From an uncultured Verrucomicrobiae bacterium (lineage in GTDB: Bacteria > Verrucomicrobiota > Verrucomicrobiia > Opitutales > Opitutaceae): 64,000 bases of DNA. The notes beneath the pieces were generated by a model. It was given only the letters and a program-made list of their open reading frames with translations, did not search any database and was not told the origin of the DNA. Of this stretch, positions 11,005 to 20,682 are shown piece by piece; positions within the stretch are counted from its first letter, which is position 1, and each line of letters opens with the position of its first letter. The DNA is taken from assembly GCA_963797435.1 (NCBI GenBank), contig CAWCPJ010000001.1, forward strand, positions 348,962 through 412,961. The letters run 5' to 3'. The position numbers and the translations under genes were made by a program.

Positions 11005-12908
11005 CCTTCTCGGAACCGTGGTGGCTTTGGGGTCTCGCCGGCATCGGCGTGGTTGCGTTGATCCTCGGGTTGATGGCGATCGATGCACGCGCGCGGATCG
11101 GCCGGCGCGCTCGCTGGCCGCGCATCGCCCGGGTCGTCGCATCCGCATCGGGCGTGAAACCCGCGCCCGCCCGCCGCACCGGCCGCCGGCCCTGGCTGCT
11201 GCTCGCCGGCGTAGCGATCGCGCTGGTGGCCCTCGCCCACCCGCAGTGGGGCAAGGTCGACGAACCCGTGGTCGAACGCGCGCGCGAGGTGATGATCGCA
11301 CTCGACCTTTCCCGCAGCATGCTGGTGGCCGACGTGCCACCGTCGCGACTCGAACGCGCGAAGCTCCTCACGCAGAGCCTGCTCGACGGCCTGCAGGGCG
11401 AACGCGTCGGGCTGATCGTGTTCGCCGGCACCGCTTTCGTGCAGGTGCCGCTCAGCGCCGACTACCAGATCCTGCACGAGTTTCTTCCCGAGTTGAATCC
11501 CGCCTACATGCCCCAGGGCGGCACCGACTACACCGGCATGCTCCGCGCGGCGCTTGGCGCCTTCGGCAAGGACAACCAGACCGATCGCTTCCTCATCGTG
11601 CTCAGCGATGGGGAAAGCCAGACCGAGGACTGGCGCGAACAACTCCCCGAATTGCAGCACCGGGACATTCATGTGCTGACCCTCGGCGTCGGCACGCCCG
11701 CGGGTGGCTTCATTCCCGACGGTCATGGCGCCTACATGAAGGACGAACGCGGCGCGGTCGTGCTTTCGCGCCTTCAAGCCGGCACCCTACAGGGGCTCGC
11801 CCGCGAATCCCACGGCGCCTACCGCAACGCGAGCGAATGGGTTGACCTGCCCGCCTTGCTCGAGGCGACCGTCGCCCGCGGCCAGCAGGGGCGTTTCGCC
11901 ACGCGGCGCAACGAACGTCACATCGAACGGTTTCAGTGGTTCCTCGCCCCCGCCGTATTGCTCGCGCTCCTCGGCTTGTGGCGCGAGGTGACGGTGCGCC
12001 CGCGACCGCAGACGTTGCGTCGACCGGTCCCGGCGGCCACGTCGACGAAGGCCACGGCGTCCACGACGATCGCCGCCCTGCTCATCCTGGCGCTTGCTGT
12101 CCCGTTCCCGGCGGCCCGCGCTGCCGAAGCGAAAAAGGAGGAGGCGCCCGAAGCCCGCGTGCGCCAGACGATTTCCCGCCTGGCGGCGCTCCCCTCTCCT
12201 TCCGCCCGCGACTGGCGCGAACTCGCCGATCGCACGCTCGTCTACGGCACCGGTGCGCACATGAACCGGCAAAACGTGGAACCCGGCGCCATTCGCGACG
12301 CCCTTGCCGCGGTCGACCGCGGTGAACAAGCCGACCCGAAGCTCACGGATTGGAACAAGCTCCGCCAGGACCTGCAGGCATTGCTCGCAACGCCTCCGCA
12401 GCAACAAAAGCAGGATCAGAAGAAGCCACCTCCGGAACAACAGAAGGAATCGGACAAGCAGAAGCAGCAGGACCAGCAGCAACAACAACAGCAGCAGCAG
12501 TCCGATCAGTCAAAACAGTCAAAGGATCAATCGCAGTCCCAACAGCAACAGCAGCAAGATCAGAAGCAGGATGCGCAACAAAAGCAGTCCGGAGCCGACT
12601 CGGAACAAAAGCAAAGCCAGTCCCAGGAAAAACCGACACCGGCCAGGACCGCGGAAGGAAAAATGGGCGAAATGAAGCCACCGACCGACAGCGCCAATCC
12701 GCCTCCGTCGCAGCGCCCCAATGAATCACCGAAGATGCGCAAGATCGGCGGTCGGTCCACCAACCAGGCGCCGCCACCCACCGATGCGGAGAGCGCCGTG
12801 TTGCAGCAACGGATGCGCGAGGCAGCGGAAAAGGATTCGCCGGCCCGACTGTTCCAGTTGATGGAAGGCGACGGCAAGCAGGAGGCCCAGCACGGCAAGG
12901 ACTGGTGA
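11001..12908 (+). CDS. batB: VWA-domain protein BatB with a long Q/K-rich low-complexity C-terminal tail
   Basis: TM + VWA (ALDLSRSM ... VLSDGESQ). The last ~230 aa are poly-Q/K/D low complexity. 4-nt overlap with batA. Confidence 0.75.
   Translation: MTFSEPWWLWGLAGIGVVALILGLMAIDARARIGRRARWPRIARVVASASGVKPAPARRTGRRPWLLLAGVAIALVALAHPQWGKVDEPVVERAREVMIALDLSRSMLVADVPPSRLERAKLLTQSLLDGLQGERVGLIVFAGTAFVQVPLSADYQILHEFLPELNPAYMPQGGTDYTGMLRAALGAFGKDNQTDRFLIVLSDGESQTEDWREQLPELQHRDIHVLTLGVGTPAGGFIPDGHGAYMKDERGAVVLSRLQAGTLQGLARESHGAYRNASEWVDLPALLEATVARGQQGRFATRRNERHIERFQWFLAPAVLLALLGLWREVTVRPRPQTLRRPVPAATSTKATASTTIAALLILALAVPFPAARAAEAKKEEAPEARVRQTISRLAALPSPSARDWRELADRTLVYGTGAHMNRQNVEPGAIRDALAAVDRGEQADPKLTDWNKLRQDLQALLATPPQQQKQDQKKPPPEQQKESDKQKQQDQQQQQQQQQSDQSKQSKDQSQSQQQQQQDQKQDAQQKQSGADSEQKQSQSQEKPTPARTAEGKMGEMKPPTDSANPPPSQRPNESPKMRKIGGRSTNQAPPPTDAESAVLQQRMREAAEKDSPARLFQLMEGDGKQEAQHGKDW
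12400..12640 (+). repeat. CAG/CAA-rich simple-sequence tract encoding the BatB poly-Q tail
   Basis: Runs such as caacaacaacagcagcagcag at about 12459-12500. A trinucleotide simple repeat inside a CDS. Confidence 0.6.
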
Positions 12909-13054
12909 TGGTCATGCGAGAGAAATCAGCGGTCGGAAGTCAGCGGCCAGAAGGCAGAAGCTCGCGCGTTGTGGATGGCAGCGTCTGGTCGCCGCTTTTA
13001 TCGACGCGACCGGGCGTGCTGGCCGACGTCGGAGGGGCGTTATGCCCCGATCCG

Positions 13055-15688
13055 ATGTCATGTGGCGGGCATCGCGGCACAAAGCCGCTCCTTCGGGTTG
13101 TGGTCGCTTCCCTCGCCTGCTTCCTCAGCCTCGCGCTGCCCGCCGCCGCCTGCGCCCAACGCGTGTACTGGGAGCCCAACCACGGCGTCTTTGGCTTCGG
13201 CAAGACCTCTGAACTCGACCTCGTGTTCGAGGACTGCGCTCCGCAGGGAGATGTCGACCTGCCGGCCATCGCCGGCCTCGAGATCGAACATCCCTCCGTC
13301 TCCCAGGAAACCTCGATCAACTTCGGCCAGTCGAGCTCGCGCGTCGTTCTCCGCTATCCCGTGCAACCGACCGGTCGCGACGACGTGGTCATTCCCGCCT
13401 TCGACGTCCGCACGGACCACGGCACGATCGCGGTGGGTGAAGTGCGCTTCACGATCGGCGATGCCACGGTCGGCCAGAGCACGCTCAAGATTTCCGACAT
13501 CGTCACCAGCTCGCTGCAGCCCGCGCGCACCACGATGTGGGCGGGCGAGGTGGTGAATCTTGACTACACGCTGCTCGCCTCGCCGCGGTTTCGGCCCCAG
13601 ATCGCGTCCGCCCCCGAGTGGAAAAGCGAGGGCATCCTGGCCGAGTCGTTCGGTGACTTTGACGATGTGCGGGCAACCGTCAGCGGCGAAACCCGCGCGG
13701 GCGCACGTTATCACACCCGGTTCGCCGCGACGAAGCCGGGTTCGATCAAGCTCGCACCGGTCCGCCAGACGGTGAACCTGCAGACGGGCGAGCGTTCCGG
13801 CTTCATCTTTGCGCAACCGCGGATCGAGTCGTTCACGATCGCGAGCGATCAACCCGAGATCACGGTCCGTCCGCTGCCCTCGCCCGCGCCCGCCGGCTTC
13901 ACCGGCGCGGTGGGCGACTTCAAGCTGGACTCCAAGATCGTGCCGCAAACCGCCCATGTCGGCGAACCGATCACCTGGACGATGACGCTGCGCGGCGTCG
14001 GCAACTGGCCGGCGAACCCCGCGCTCCCGGCGCGCGAGGTGTCTGCCGACTTCCAGGTCGTGCAACCCCAGCCGCGGCAGAAGATGGACGACGGGCGGTT
14101 GTTCTCCGGATCCGTCACCGAGGATGCCGTGCTCGTGCCCACGCGTCCCGGGACCTACACGATCGGGCCGGTGAAGTTCGCCTGGTTCGACACCGCCACC
14201 GGCGCCTACCGCGAGAGCCCGATTCCGGCAGTAACCGTGACCATTCAACCGCCCGCAAGCGCGCCCTCTCCGACCACGCCATCGCCAACGGAAGCGACGA
14301 CGCCCGCCGAGACCGGCGCACCGGGATCGAATCCGGCAGCTTCGCATCCGCTGCCGCCGGACCTGTCCGCGCCGGGGCAATTGCCGCGCGAACCGCTGGG
14401 ATCCAGTGGCCTCAGCTTCGCGCCCCACGGACTCGCCTGGTGGTGGTGGCTCCCGCTCGCCCTGGCCGTGCCTGTCGTCGTGTGGTTGGGCCTCGCCTGG
14501 CGTTTGATGAACCGAAGCGATCCGTACCAGGCTCGCCGCACCGCCCAGCGCGAGCTCCTGCGCCTGCTTGGAACACTCGCGCGAACCGGCGCCGCGGCTG
14601 ACGCCGCCAGTCTCCTGACCTGGCGCCAGCTCGCGGCGCAACTCTGGCGAATCGATCGCGCCACGCCAACGATCGAGGATCTCGCCACCGCCATCGAACG
14701 GGAGCGCGGCGCGCCACGACCCGACGACTGGCTTGCACTCTGGCGTGACGCCGAACTCGCGATCTTTGCGGCCGCGCATGCGCTGCCAGCGGACTGGGCG
14801 AATCGCGCGCTCGCCGCCGCCCGCACCGTGCGCCTGCGGCGCTCCAACCCGCCCTTGCCGTTGCGCCTTCGCTATTGGACACCGACCGCGACATGCCTGC
14901 TGTTCGCCCTCTTGCTCGCGGCGACCGGCACGGCGCGAGCGCACGCCGCCGACGCCGGCTTGAAGGCCTACCGCGAGGGCAAGTTCGCCGCCGCCCGCGC
15001 GGCATGGCGCCTGGAAGTCGCCGCGCACCCGCGCGACTGGGCGCTGCGCAACAACCTCGCCCTCGCCTGTGCCCAGGATAACGACTGGGCCGAAGCGACG
15101 GCGCATTGGACCGCCGCGTTCCTGCTCAACCCGCGTGAACCCTCGATTCGCGCCAACCTGCGCCTCGCCCTCACCCACCTGGATGGCGTCGATCCCCAGC
15201 TCCGTCGCATTGTCGAAGGCTCGTGGCTCGACCGGATCGTCACATTTCTCTCTCCCGGTGAATGGGAACTTGCGTTCTTCGCCGGCGGCGGCGTGGTCGC
15301 CATCGCCCTGACCGTGCTCGTCACGACCCTCTACACCCGCCGTGGTCGCACGTGGCGCGTGCGCGTCGGCTTCACGCTGGTGGCGGTCGGCGTCGTCACG
15401 TCCGTCGGGGGCTTCACCGGCCAATTCCTTTATGGTCCGCTCGGCGATCCCGCCGCCGGCCTTGTCGCGAAATCAACGGAACTGCGTTCCATTCCCACGG
15501 ACCTTGCCGAGCACCAGCAGACCTCGCCCATCTCGGCCGGCGCGGTCGTGGTGCGCCGTGGCAGCTTTCTCGACGATTGGGATCACGTCGACGCCACGCA
15601 TCCCGGCGCCGGCTGGCTGCGCCGCGAAACGATCGTCCCGTTCTACAGCGCACCACCGGCGGAAAAGGGCAAGGACGTGGCATTGTAG
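13055..15688 (+). CDS. BatD-like oxygen-tolerance protein fused to TPR (BatC-like) and C-terminal SH3-like (BatE-like) modules
   Basis: Signal peptide after the ATG at 13055; BatD-like beta-rich region with an internal TM; TPR repeats (AYREGKFAAARAAWRLEVAAHPRDWALRNNLALAC...); C-terminal TM + SH3-like segment. The long ORF could begin upstream at 12905. Confidence 0.65.
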   Translation: MSCGGHRGTKPLLRVVVASLACFLSLALPAAACAQRVYWEPNHGVFGFGKTSELDLVFEDCAPQGDVDLPAIAGLEIEHPSVSQETSINFGQSSSRVVLRYPVQPTGRDDVVIPAFDVRTDHGTIAVGEVRFTIGDATVGQSTLKISDIVTSSLQPARTTMWAGEVVNLDYTLLASPRFRPQIASAPEWKSEGILAESFGDFDDVRATVSGETRAGARYHTRFAATKPGSIKLAPVRQTVNLQTGERSGFIFAQPRIESFTIASDQPEITVRPLPSPAPAGFTGAVGDFKLDSKIVPQTAHVGEPITWTMTLRGVGNWPANPALPAREVSADFQVVQPQPRQKMDDGRLFSGSVTEDAVLVPTRPGTYTIGPVKFAWFDTATGAYRESPIPAVTVTIQPPASAPSPTTPSPTEATTPAETGAPGSNPAASHPLPPDLSAPGQLPREPLGSSGLSFAPHGLAWWWWLPLALAVPVVVWLGLAWRLMNRSDPYQARRTAQRELLRLLGTLARTGAAADAASLLTWRQLAAQLWRIDRATPTIEDLATAIERERGAPRPDDWLALWRDAELAIFAAAHALPADWANRALAAARTVRLRRSNPPLPLRLRYWTPTATCLLFALLLAATGTARAHAADAGLKAYREGKFAAARAAWRLEVAAHPRDWALRNNLALACAQDNDWAEATAHWTAAFLLNPREPSIRANLRLALTHLDGVDPQLRRIVEGSWLDRIVTFLSPGEWELAFFAGGGVVAIALTVLVTTLYTRRGRTWRVRVGFTLVAVGVVTSVGGFTGQFLYGPLGDPAAGLVAKSTELRSIPTDLAEHQQTSPISAGAVVVRRGSFLDDWDHVDATHPGAGWLRRETIVPFYSAPPAEKGKDVAL

Positions 15689-15890
15689 GAAAAACGCGCC
15701 ATCTCGGACCCTCATCTCAGGGTGATGCGATGAAGCCACACATTTGGCAGGACAACCATGCGTGAGGGAGGTCCTTGTCACCTTCGTTACCTTCTGTGAA
15801 CTGCGTTTTCCCGGTCGATGGGATTCATCGCCGGCATCACGATGCACGCGACATCGACGACCCCATCACCTGAATGACGCGTCAGTCCCG

Positions 15891-17766
15891 TTATCGCGCA
15901 ACGTCCCCGAGCATCGCGTCGAACGTCGTATATGTCGCGAGCAGCTTCGCCGCGGCGGCACAACGTTCCGGCGCCGCCAGGCCCGTGCTCTCCGCCAGGA
16001 AGATCAAATAAGCGGCCACGTTCTTCGCATAGAGCAATCGCGCCTCGTCGCTCACGGAATAGAAGCGGGCCCGCTGCCGGTAGCCCGCCGCAGTATGATC
16101 ACCGAGCGCGCGCTTGTCCGCCCGGCCACCACCCGCGAGCACAAACAGGAAATTGTATTCGAACCAGAACATGTGTTCGGGCCCGGGCGGCAGTCGCGCG
16201 ATCGCGGCTCGCGTCGCGTTCTCGTCGGCAAAGACGTCGACGGGTTGTCCCGCCTTGGTCAGCGCATCGGTGACGAACACGCGCGCCATCTGTCGCTCGG
16301 TGGCGTCCGCACTGAACGAGCCCTTCACCGCCAGTTCGACCGTGAATTGATACCAGTCGCGCCACAGCGCCTGGTCGGACGGGTTCTTCGACGCAAACAG
16401 CGCCCGTCCCATCTCATAGGTGTAGCGCCCGCTGGTCTTGATCTCCAGGTGCTGCTCCGTGACCTCGCCCATCACCCGGTAGTTGTCGGCGGATTTGCCC
16501 GAGCCGGAATGGAAACCGATGCTGGCACCGAACTGCCGGCATACCGTCCACTGCTTTTCGATCAACGCCCGCAGCGCGCCGTTGTCGGGGTACGGCATGT
16601 TCTTCTGAAAACCAAACGCCGGCGCCACGAAATGGATCTTCAGCTCGAGCGCCTCGCACAGCGCGAGCATCACCGCGGTCGTCGCCGGGGTCGTCAGGCC
16701 CGGCAGCTCGTCGATTGACAGTTCCCGCAGGTATTCGCGGCCGACCTGGGTGGAAAACAAACGCGCCCGCGCCGCCGCGTATTTCTCGTCGCGACGCTTC
16801 AGCTTTTGCATCGCCGGCCAGACGTACGCGAGCAGACCGCAACAACGCGGGCTCGGCAAGTTCCAGGCCCAGCGCAGCGACGCGCTCCTTCACCTGTCGC
16901 ACCAGGGACTCCGGCATGCCCGCAGGCGCCACCGCCGGTGCCGCCGTCGCCTCCTCGGGACGCGGCGTCTGCGCCAGTTCCGGCGAAAGATCGAAGGTGA
17001 TGTAACTCGCCAGCACGCATCCGGCGACGAGTGGATCCTCCCGATCGTCGAACTTGCCGCCGATCGGCTGATGGTCCGCGTTGAAGCTCCACGCGATGCC
17101 GCGACGATGAAACCCGGTCTTCAGCTTCGAAAGCACACACCCGTGGCTCATGCCCTCCACGCTCTGGCCCTGGTGTCCCTCCGGCACGCTCGTGCCGATG
17201 AAGGGAAACGGCACGGTGTCGAGCCGGCCCTCGAGCATCGCGTCGACATCGTAAACCAGTTCGCGCGGGATCGAGTTTTGGTTCGCGGTGACACCAATCT
17301 CAAGCGCGCTCATCGCCCACTCCACCGCCGGCCAGTGCAGTGTCGTGAAACGCGCGCCCACGCCCAGCGTGCTCTGTCCGAGTCGGCCCTTCGCGGTCGG
17401 GAAGATGGTCGATGCCGGGTTCGCCTCCTGCACGAGGTTTTTCAATCGCAGCAGATTCGCAAAGGTGGCGGGAAACGCCGTCGCGCCATCCGGCAAAGTA
17501 ACGCCCTCGTCGAGTAGCGCCACCGGGACGGTTGCCTCCGACGTCGCCTCCAGTCGCCACGCGCAATCCCCCGTGGTCGTATCCTCGATCAGGAGCCAGC
17601 GTCCAGCGGCCGTCTCGAATCCGCTCTTGGGCCATGCCTTCACCCCGACACCGCGCGCGAGCTTCGCACTCAAGTCCGCCCAATCGAGGCAGAAGTCAGG
17701 GCTGATGCAGGGGTTCGAGGCGATGCGCAGTCGGTTCGCCAGCAGGAAGTCATTGATTGACGACAT
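15891..17766 (-). pseudogene. large conserved hypothetical protein (possibly a sugar-acid epimerase-like enzyme) interrupted by a 1-nt frameshift near 16830-16860
   Basis: The N-terminal part is ORF 16414-17766 and the C-terminal part is ORF 15891-16859. Frames switch between ..LGLELAEPALL and ..LLAYVWPAMQKLKRRDEKY. Both halves look protein-like. Function not recognised with confidence. Confidence 0.45.
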
Positions 17767-18153
17767 GGCCCGTCATTAAGCGCAACGCCCCGCAGCGGGC
17801 GAGGCTGTTTCCTCAGTTATCACGACTCCTGCCGCTTTCCGGCGAGGGTGTCGCCGCGTGTGCCCATATCATGGCCACGTGGACGGAGTGCCTCCCGCGC
17901 GGCGAGGCTGAGAATCTCACCGTCCGAGGGAAAACCCAGCCACGTTGTCGCTACACGCCAACGCAGCCACCAGATGCGCACTCGCTGTAGCCGCGTTTGA
18001 GCTCCGCGAAAACGTGGCCGAACGTGTGAAGTTTCCAGGCATGCTGGTACCCATGCCGCATCCTGCGGCCATAACCGAAGGTAAGCTCGGCTGTCCGCCA
18101 TCCATAGCTTCAGCGACGGATGGTCCCCAGCCGACCGCGGTCGCGTGCCCGGG

Positions 18154-18471
18154 CTACCAAGCCGGCCCGAGACCCATCGTGCCGGACTGCCCGGTGTCGT
18201 CGGGGACGCCGGAACCGAGCGATTCCTCCGGCTTGCGCGAAGCGTGTAGTTCATGCACCGCGATCCGCGGACGCACGAACACGCCAATGTCGTAGAGCAC
18301 GCGACGCACGGCGGGGCGGGTCCGTCCCGTCCGGCGAACGATCCGCTCGATGAGTTCCGCCTCCGTCACGGCGAACAGCGGCAGGTCGTCGTCCTGCAAT
18401 TTCGGAAACTTTTCCTTCAGGCGATGACGCAGCACGGGCGAGAGCTGCGGTTGTGGTTCAGGAGCGAACAT
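18154..18471 (-). CDS. small basic hypothetical protein
   Basis: 105-aa ORF with a plausible helical N-terminal 70 aa. No recognisable family. The C-terminus may be out of frame. Confidence 0.3.
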   Translation of the reverse strand: MFAPEPQPQLSPVLRHRLKEKFPKLQDDDLPLFAVTEAELIERIVRRTGRTRPAVRRVLYDIGVFVRPRIAVHELHASRKPEESLGSGVPDDTGQSGTMGLGPAW

Positions 18472-18734
18472 GGCGAGGACAGATCGGTTTTGGGCTCAGT
18501 CGTTTGTCGGCCAATGCGCAGCATCGCAGATTCGCGACCCGCGCGATTGATTATGGTCAACAGCCTATGCGGGCCGCGCGCGGGCGCAACCAGCCAAGCC
18601 ATCCGAACCACTGCATTAACTTTCGCTCATGGGAAATGCCCGGCCGTCCCGGGATCGAACGTGCAATTCGCGCGAAACCGGCGCTAGCGTTCGCCACCAC
18701 CATTACGCGGCCGGACCGCGAATCACCAAACCTG

Positions 18735-20570
18735 ATGAAAACTCGACTTCATTGCGCTTTGGCGGCGCTGGGCTTGATCGTGCTTGGACGATCGACGGCG
18801 CCGGCGGCCGCCACCTCCTTTACGCCTGAACAAATCGCCGCGGAATCGGCGCGGGCGGCCGATGTGTTCGAACGCGCTTTTCAGGCGGAGCTCGAGCACA
18901 GCCCGGAGTTTCAGACCGAACTCGGGATCAAGACGAATTACGACCGCTGGGACGATCGTTCCGATGCGGCCGCCTCGGAGCAACTGGCGCGCCGGCTCGG
19001 TTCTCTCGCGGAACTGCAACGCACGATCAACTTTGCCGCGCTCGATGACGCGACCCGGTTGAGTTACCGGCTCTTCGTCTACGACGCCGAACAGCGCGTC
19101 CGCTCGTTTCGCTTCCGGCACTACGAGTATGAAATCGACCAGACCGGCGGGCCGTTTTCCTACCTGCCCGCTTTCCTGATCAACAGCCACCAGGTGAACA
19201 CGGTGGCGGACGCCCGGGCCTACCTCGCCCGGCTCCGCGGACTGGATACAGTGCTGGCCCAGATCACGACCAATCTCGATGCGCAGGTAACCCTTGGCAT
19301 CGTGCCGCCGCGCTGGGTGTTCCCCCGTGCGGCGGAAGTCGGCCGCAACGTGATCGCCGGCGCGCCGTTCGACGCCTCGGGAGCCGACAGCCCGCTGTGG
19401 GCGGATTTCCAGCGCAAGGTCGCCGCGCTCCCGGAGGTTGACGAAGCGACCCGGGCGAAACTCCTGGCCGATGCCCGCGCCGCCCTCGTCGAGGTGGTGC
19501 GACCCGCCGTGGCGCACCTGCTCGCCCGGTGGGACGAGGTGGCCAAAGTCGCCACCGATGACGACGGCGTCTGGAAGTTCCCGGAAGGCGCCGCCTACTA
19601 CGACTACCGGCTCGCCGACCTCACGACGACCGCGCTCACCGCGGAAGAGATTCACGCGATCGGCCTGCGCGAGGTTGCGCGCATCCAGGACGAGATTCGG
19701 GCGCTGCGGCCGCGGCTCAAATTCACCGGCGAGTTGCCCGCCTTGTTTCGCCACCTGCGGGAGGATCCTCGTTTCTACCTCCCGGATACGCCGGCCGGCC
19801 GGCAGGTGTACTTGCAGCGCGCCACGGCGGTCGTGGACGAGATGCGCACCCACCTCGATGAACTGTTCCTGCGCAAGCCGCGCGCCGCGATCGTCGTGAA
19901 AGCGACCGAGCCCTTTCGCGAGAAGTCCGCGCCGAAGGCCTTCTATCAGGCGCCCGCGCCCGACGGCAGCCGGCCCGGCATGTATTACGTGACGCTCTAC
20001 AACATGCACGAGATGCCCACCTACCAACTTGCCTCCATCGCCTATCACGAGGGCATCCCCGGGCATCACATGCAAATCGCGATCGCGCAGGAGCTCAAGG
20101 GGCTGCCGCGCTTCCGGCGGTTCGGCGGGTTCGGTGCCTACGTCGAAGGCTGGGGCCTCTACGCCGAACGCCTGCCCAAGGAGATCGGCCTGTATCAGGA
20201 TCCCTATTCCGACCTCGGTCGCCTGATGAACGAGTTGTGGCGCGCCGTGCGGCTGGTGGTTGACACGGGAATCCACGCGAAGCGCTGGACGCGCCAACAA
20301 GCGATCGACTTCTTCCTCGCCAACACCTCGCTTTCCGAGGCCGAGGTCGTCCGGGAAGTCGAACGCTACATCACCTGGCCGGGTCAGGCCACGACCTACA
20401 AGATCGGCATGTTGAAGATCCTCGAGCTTCGTGCCCTCGCCGAGCGTGAGCTGGGAAAACAATACGACGTGCGCGCGTTCAACGATGTCGTGCTGCGTGA
20501 CGGCGCCGTGCCGCTCGACCTGCTCGAGGAGCAGGTGCGCGCCTGGATCGCGGCGACGAAGGCGCAGTGA
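18735..20570 (+). CDS. DUF885-family protein (secreted metallopeptidase-like)
   Basis: Signal peptide from the ATG at 18735; DUF885 hallmark YHEGIPGHHMQIAIAQE ... GAYVEGWGLYAE. Confidence 0.75.
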   Translation: MKTRLHCALAALGLIVLGRSTAPAAATSFTPEQIAAESARAADVFERAFQAELEHSPEFQTELGIKTNYDRWDDRSDAAASEQLARRLGSLAELQRTINFAALDDATRLSYRLFVYDAEQRVRSFRFRHYEYEIDQTGGPFSYLPAFLINSHQVNTVADARAYLARLRGLDTVLAQITTNLDAQVTLGIVPPRWVFPRAAEVGRNVIAGAPFDASGADSPLWADFQRKVAALPEVDEATRAKLLADARAALVEVVRPAVAHLLARWDEVAKVATDDDGVWKFPEGAAYYDYRLADLTTTALTAEEIHAIGLREVARIQDEIRALRPRLKFTGELPALFRHLREDPRFYLPDTPAGRQVYLQRATAVVDEMRTHLDELFLRKPRAAIVVKATEPFREKSAPKAFYQAPAPDGSRPGMYYVTLYNMHEMPTYQLASIAYHEGIPGHHMQIAIAQELKGLPRFRRFGGFGAYVEGWGLYAERLPKEIGLYQDPYSDLGRLMNELWRAVRLVVDTGIHAKRWTRQQAIDFFLANTSLSEAEVVREVERYITWPGQATTYKIGMLKILELRALAERELGKQYDVRAFNDVVLRDGAVPLDLLEEQVRAWIAATKAQ

Positions 20571-20682
20571 GTCGTCCGTTGCTCGGCCACATTTGTTCCG
20601 GTTTGCTTCGCGCCCGGTCTGGTCGTTCCGGGACGCGGAGTGCAAACGCGGCTATGGGGAAATCACATCCCTGCCGGTTCGG

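Noticed and set aside
13058-15424. Very long antisense ORFs on the strand opposite confirmed genes. Examples: 788 aa opposite batD, 640 aa at 18723-20645 opposite DUF885, 928 aa at 41544-44330 opposite addA, 483 aa at 62071-63522, and many 100-400-aa ORFs.
   Set aside because: Their translations are Arg/Ala/Gly/Pro-rich and low-complexity with no domain signatures. That is typical of stop-codon-poor alternate frames in roughly 68% GC DNA. Each overlaps a gene with clear homology on the other strand.
17767-18153. A ~390-bp intergenic region that I checked for an RNase P, SRP, tmRNA or 6S RNA gene.
   Set aside because: It has none of the universally conserved blocks. I looked for GGAAGCAGCC (SRP), AGGAAAGTCCGGGCTCC (RNase P) and the tmRNA tag region/3' end, and found none. 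It is probably 3'-UTR/spacer.
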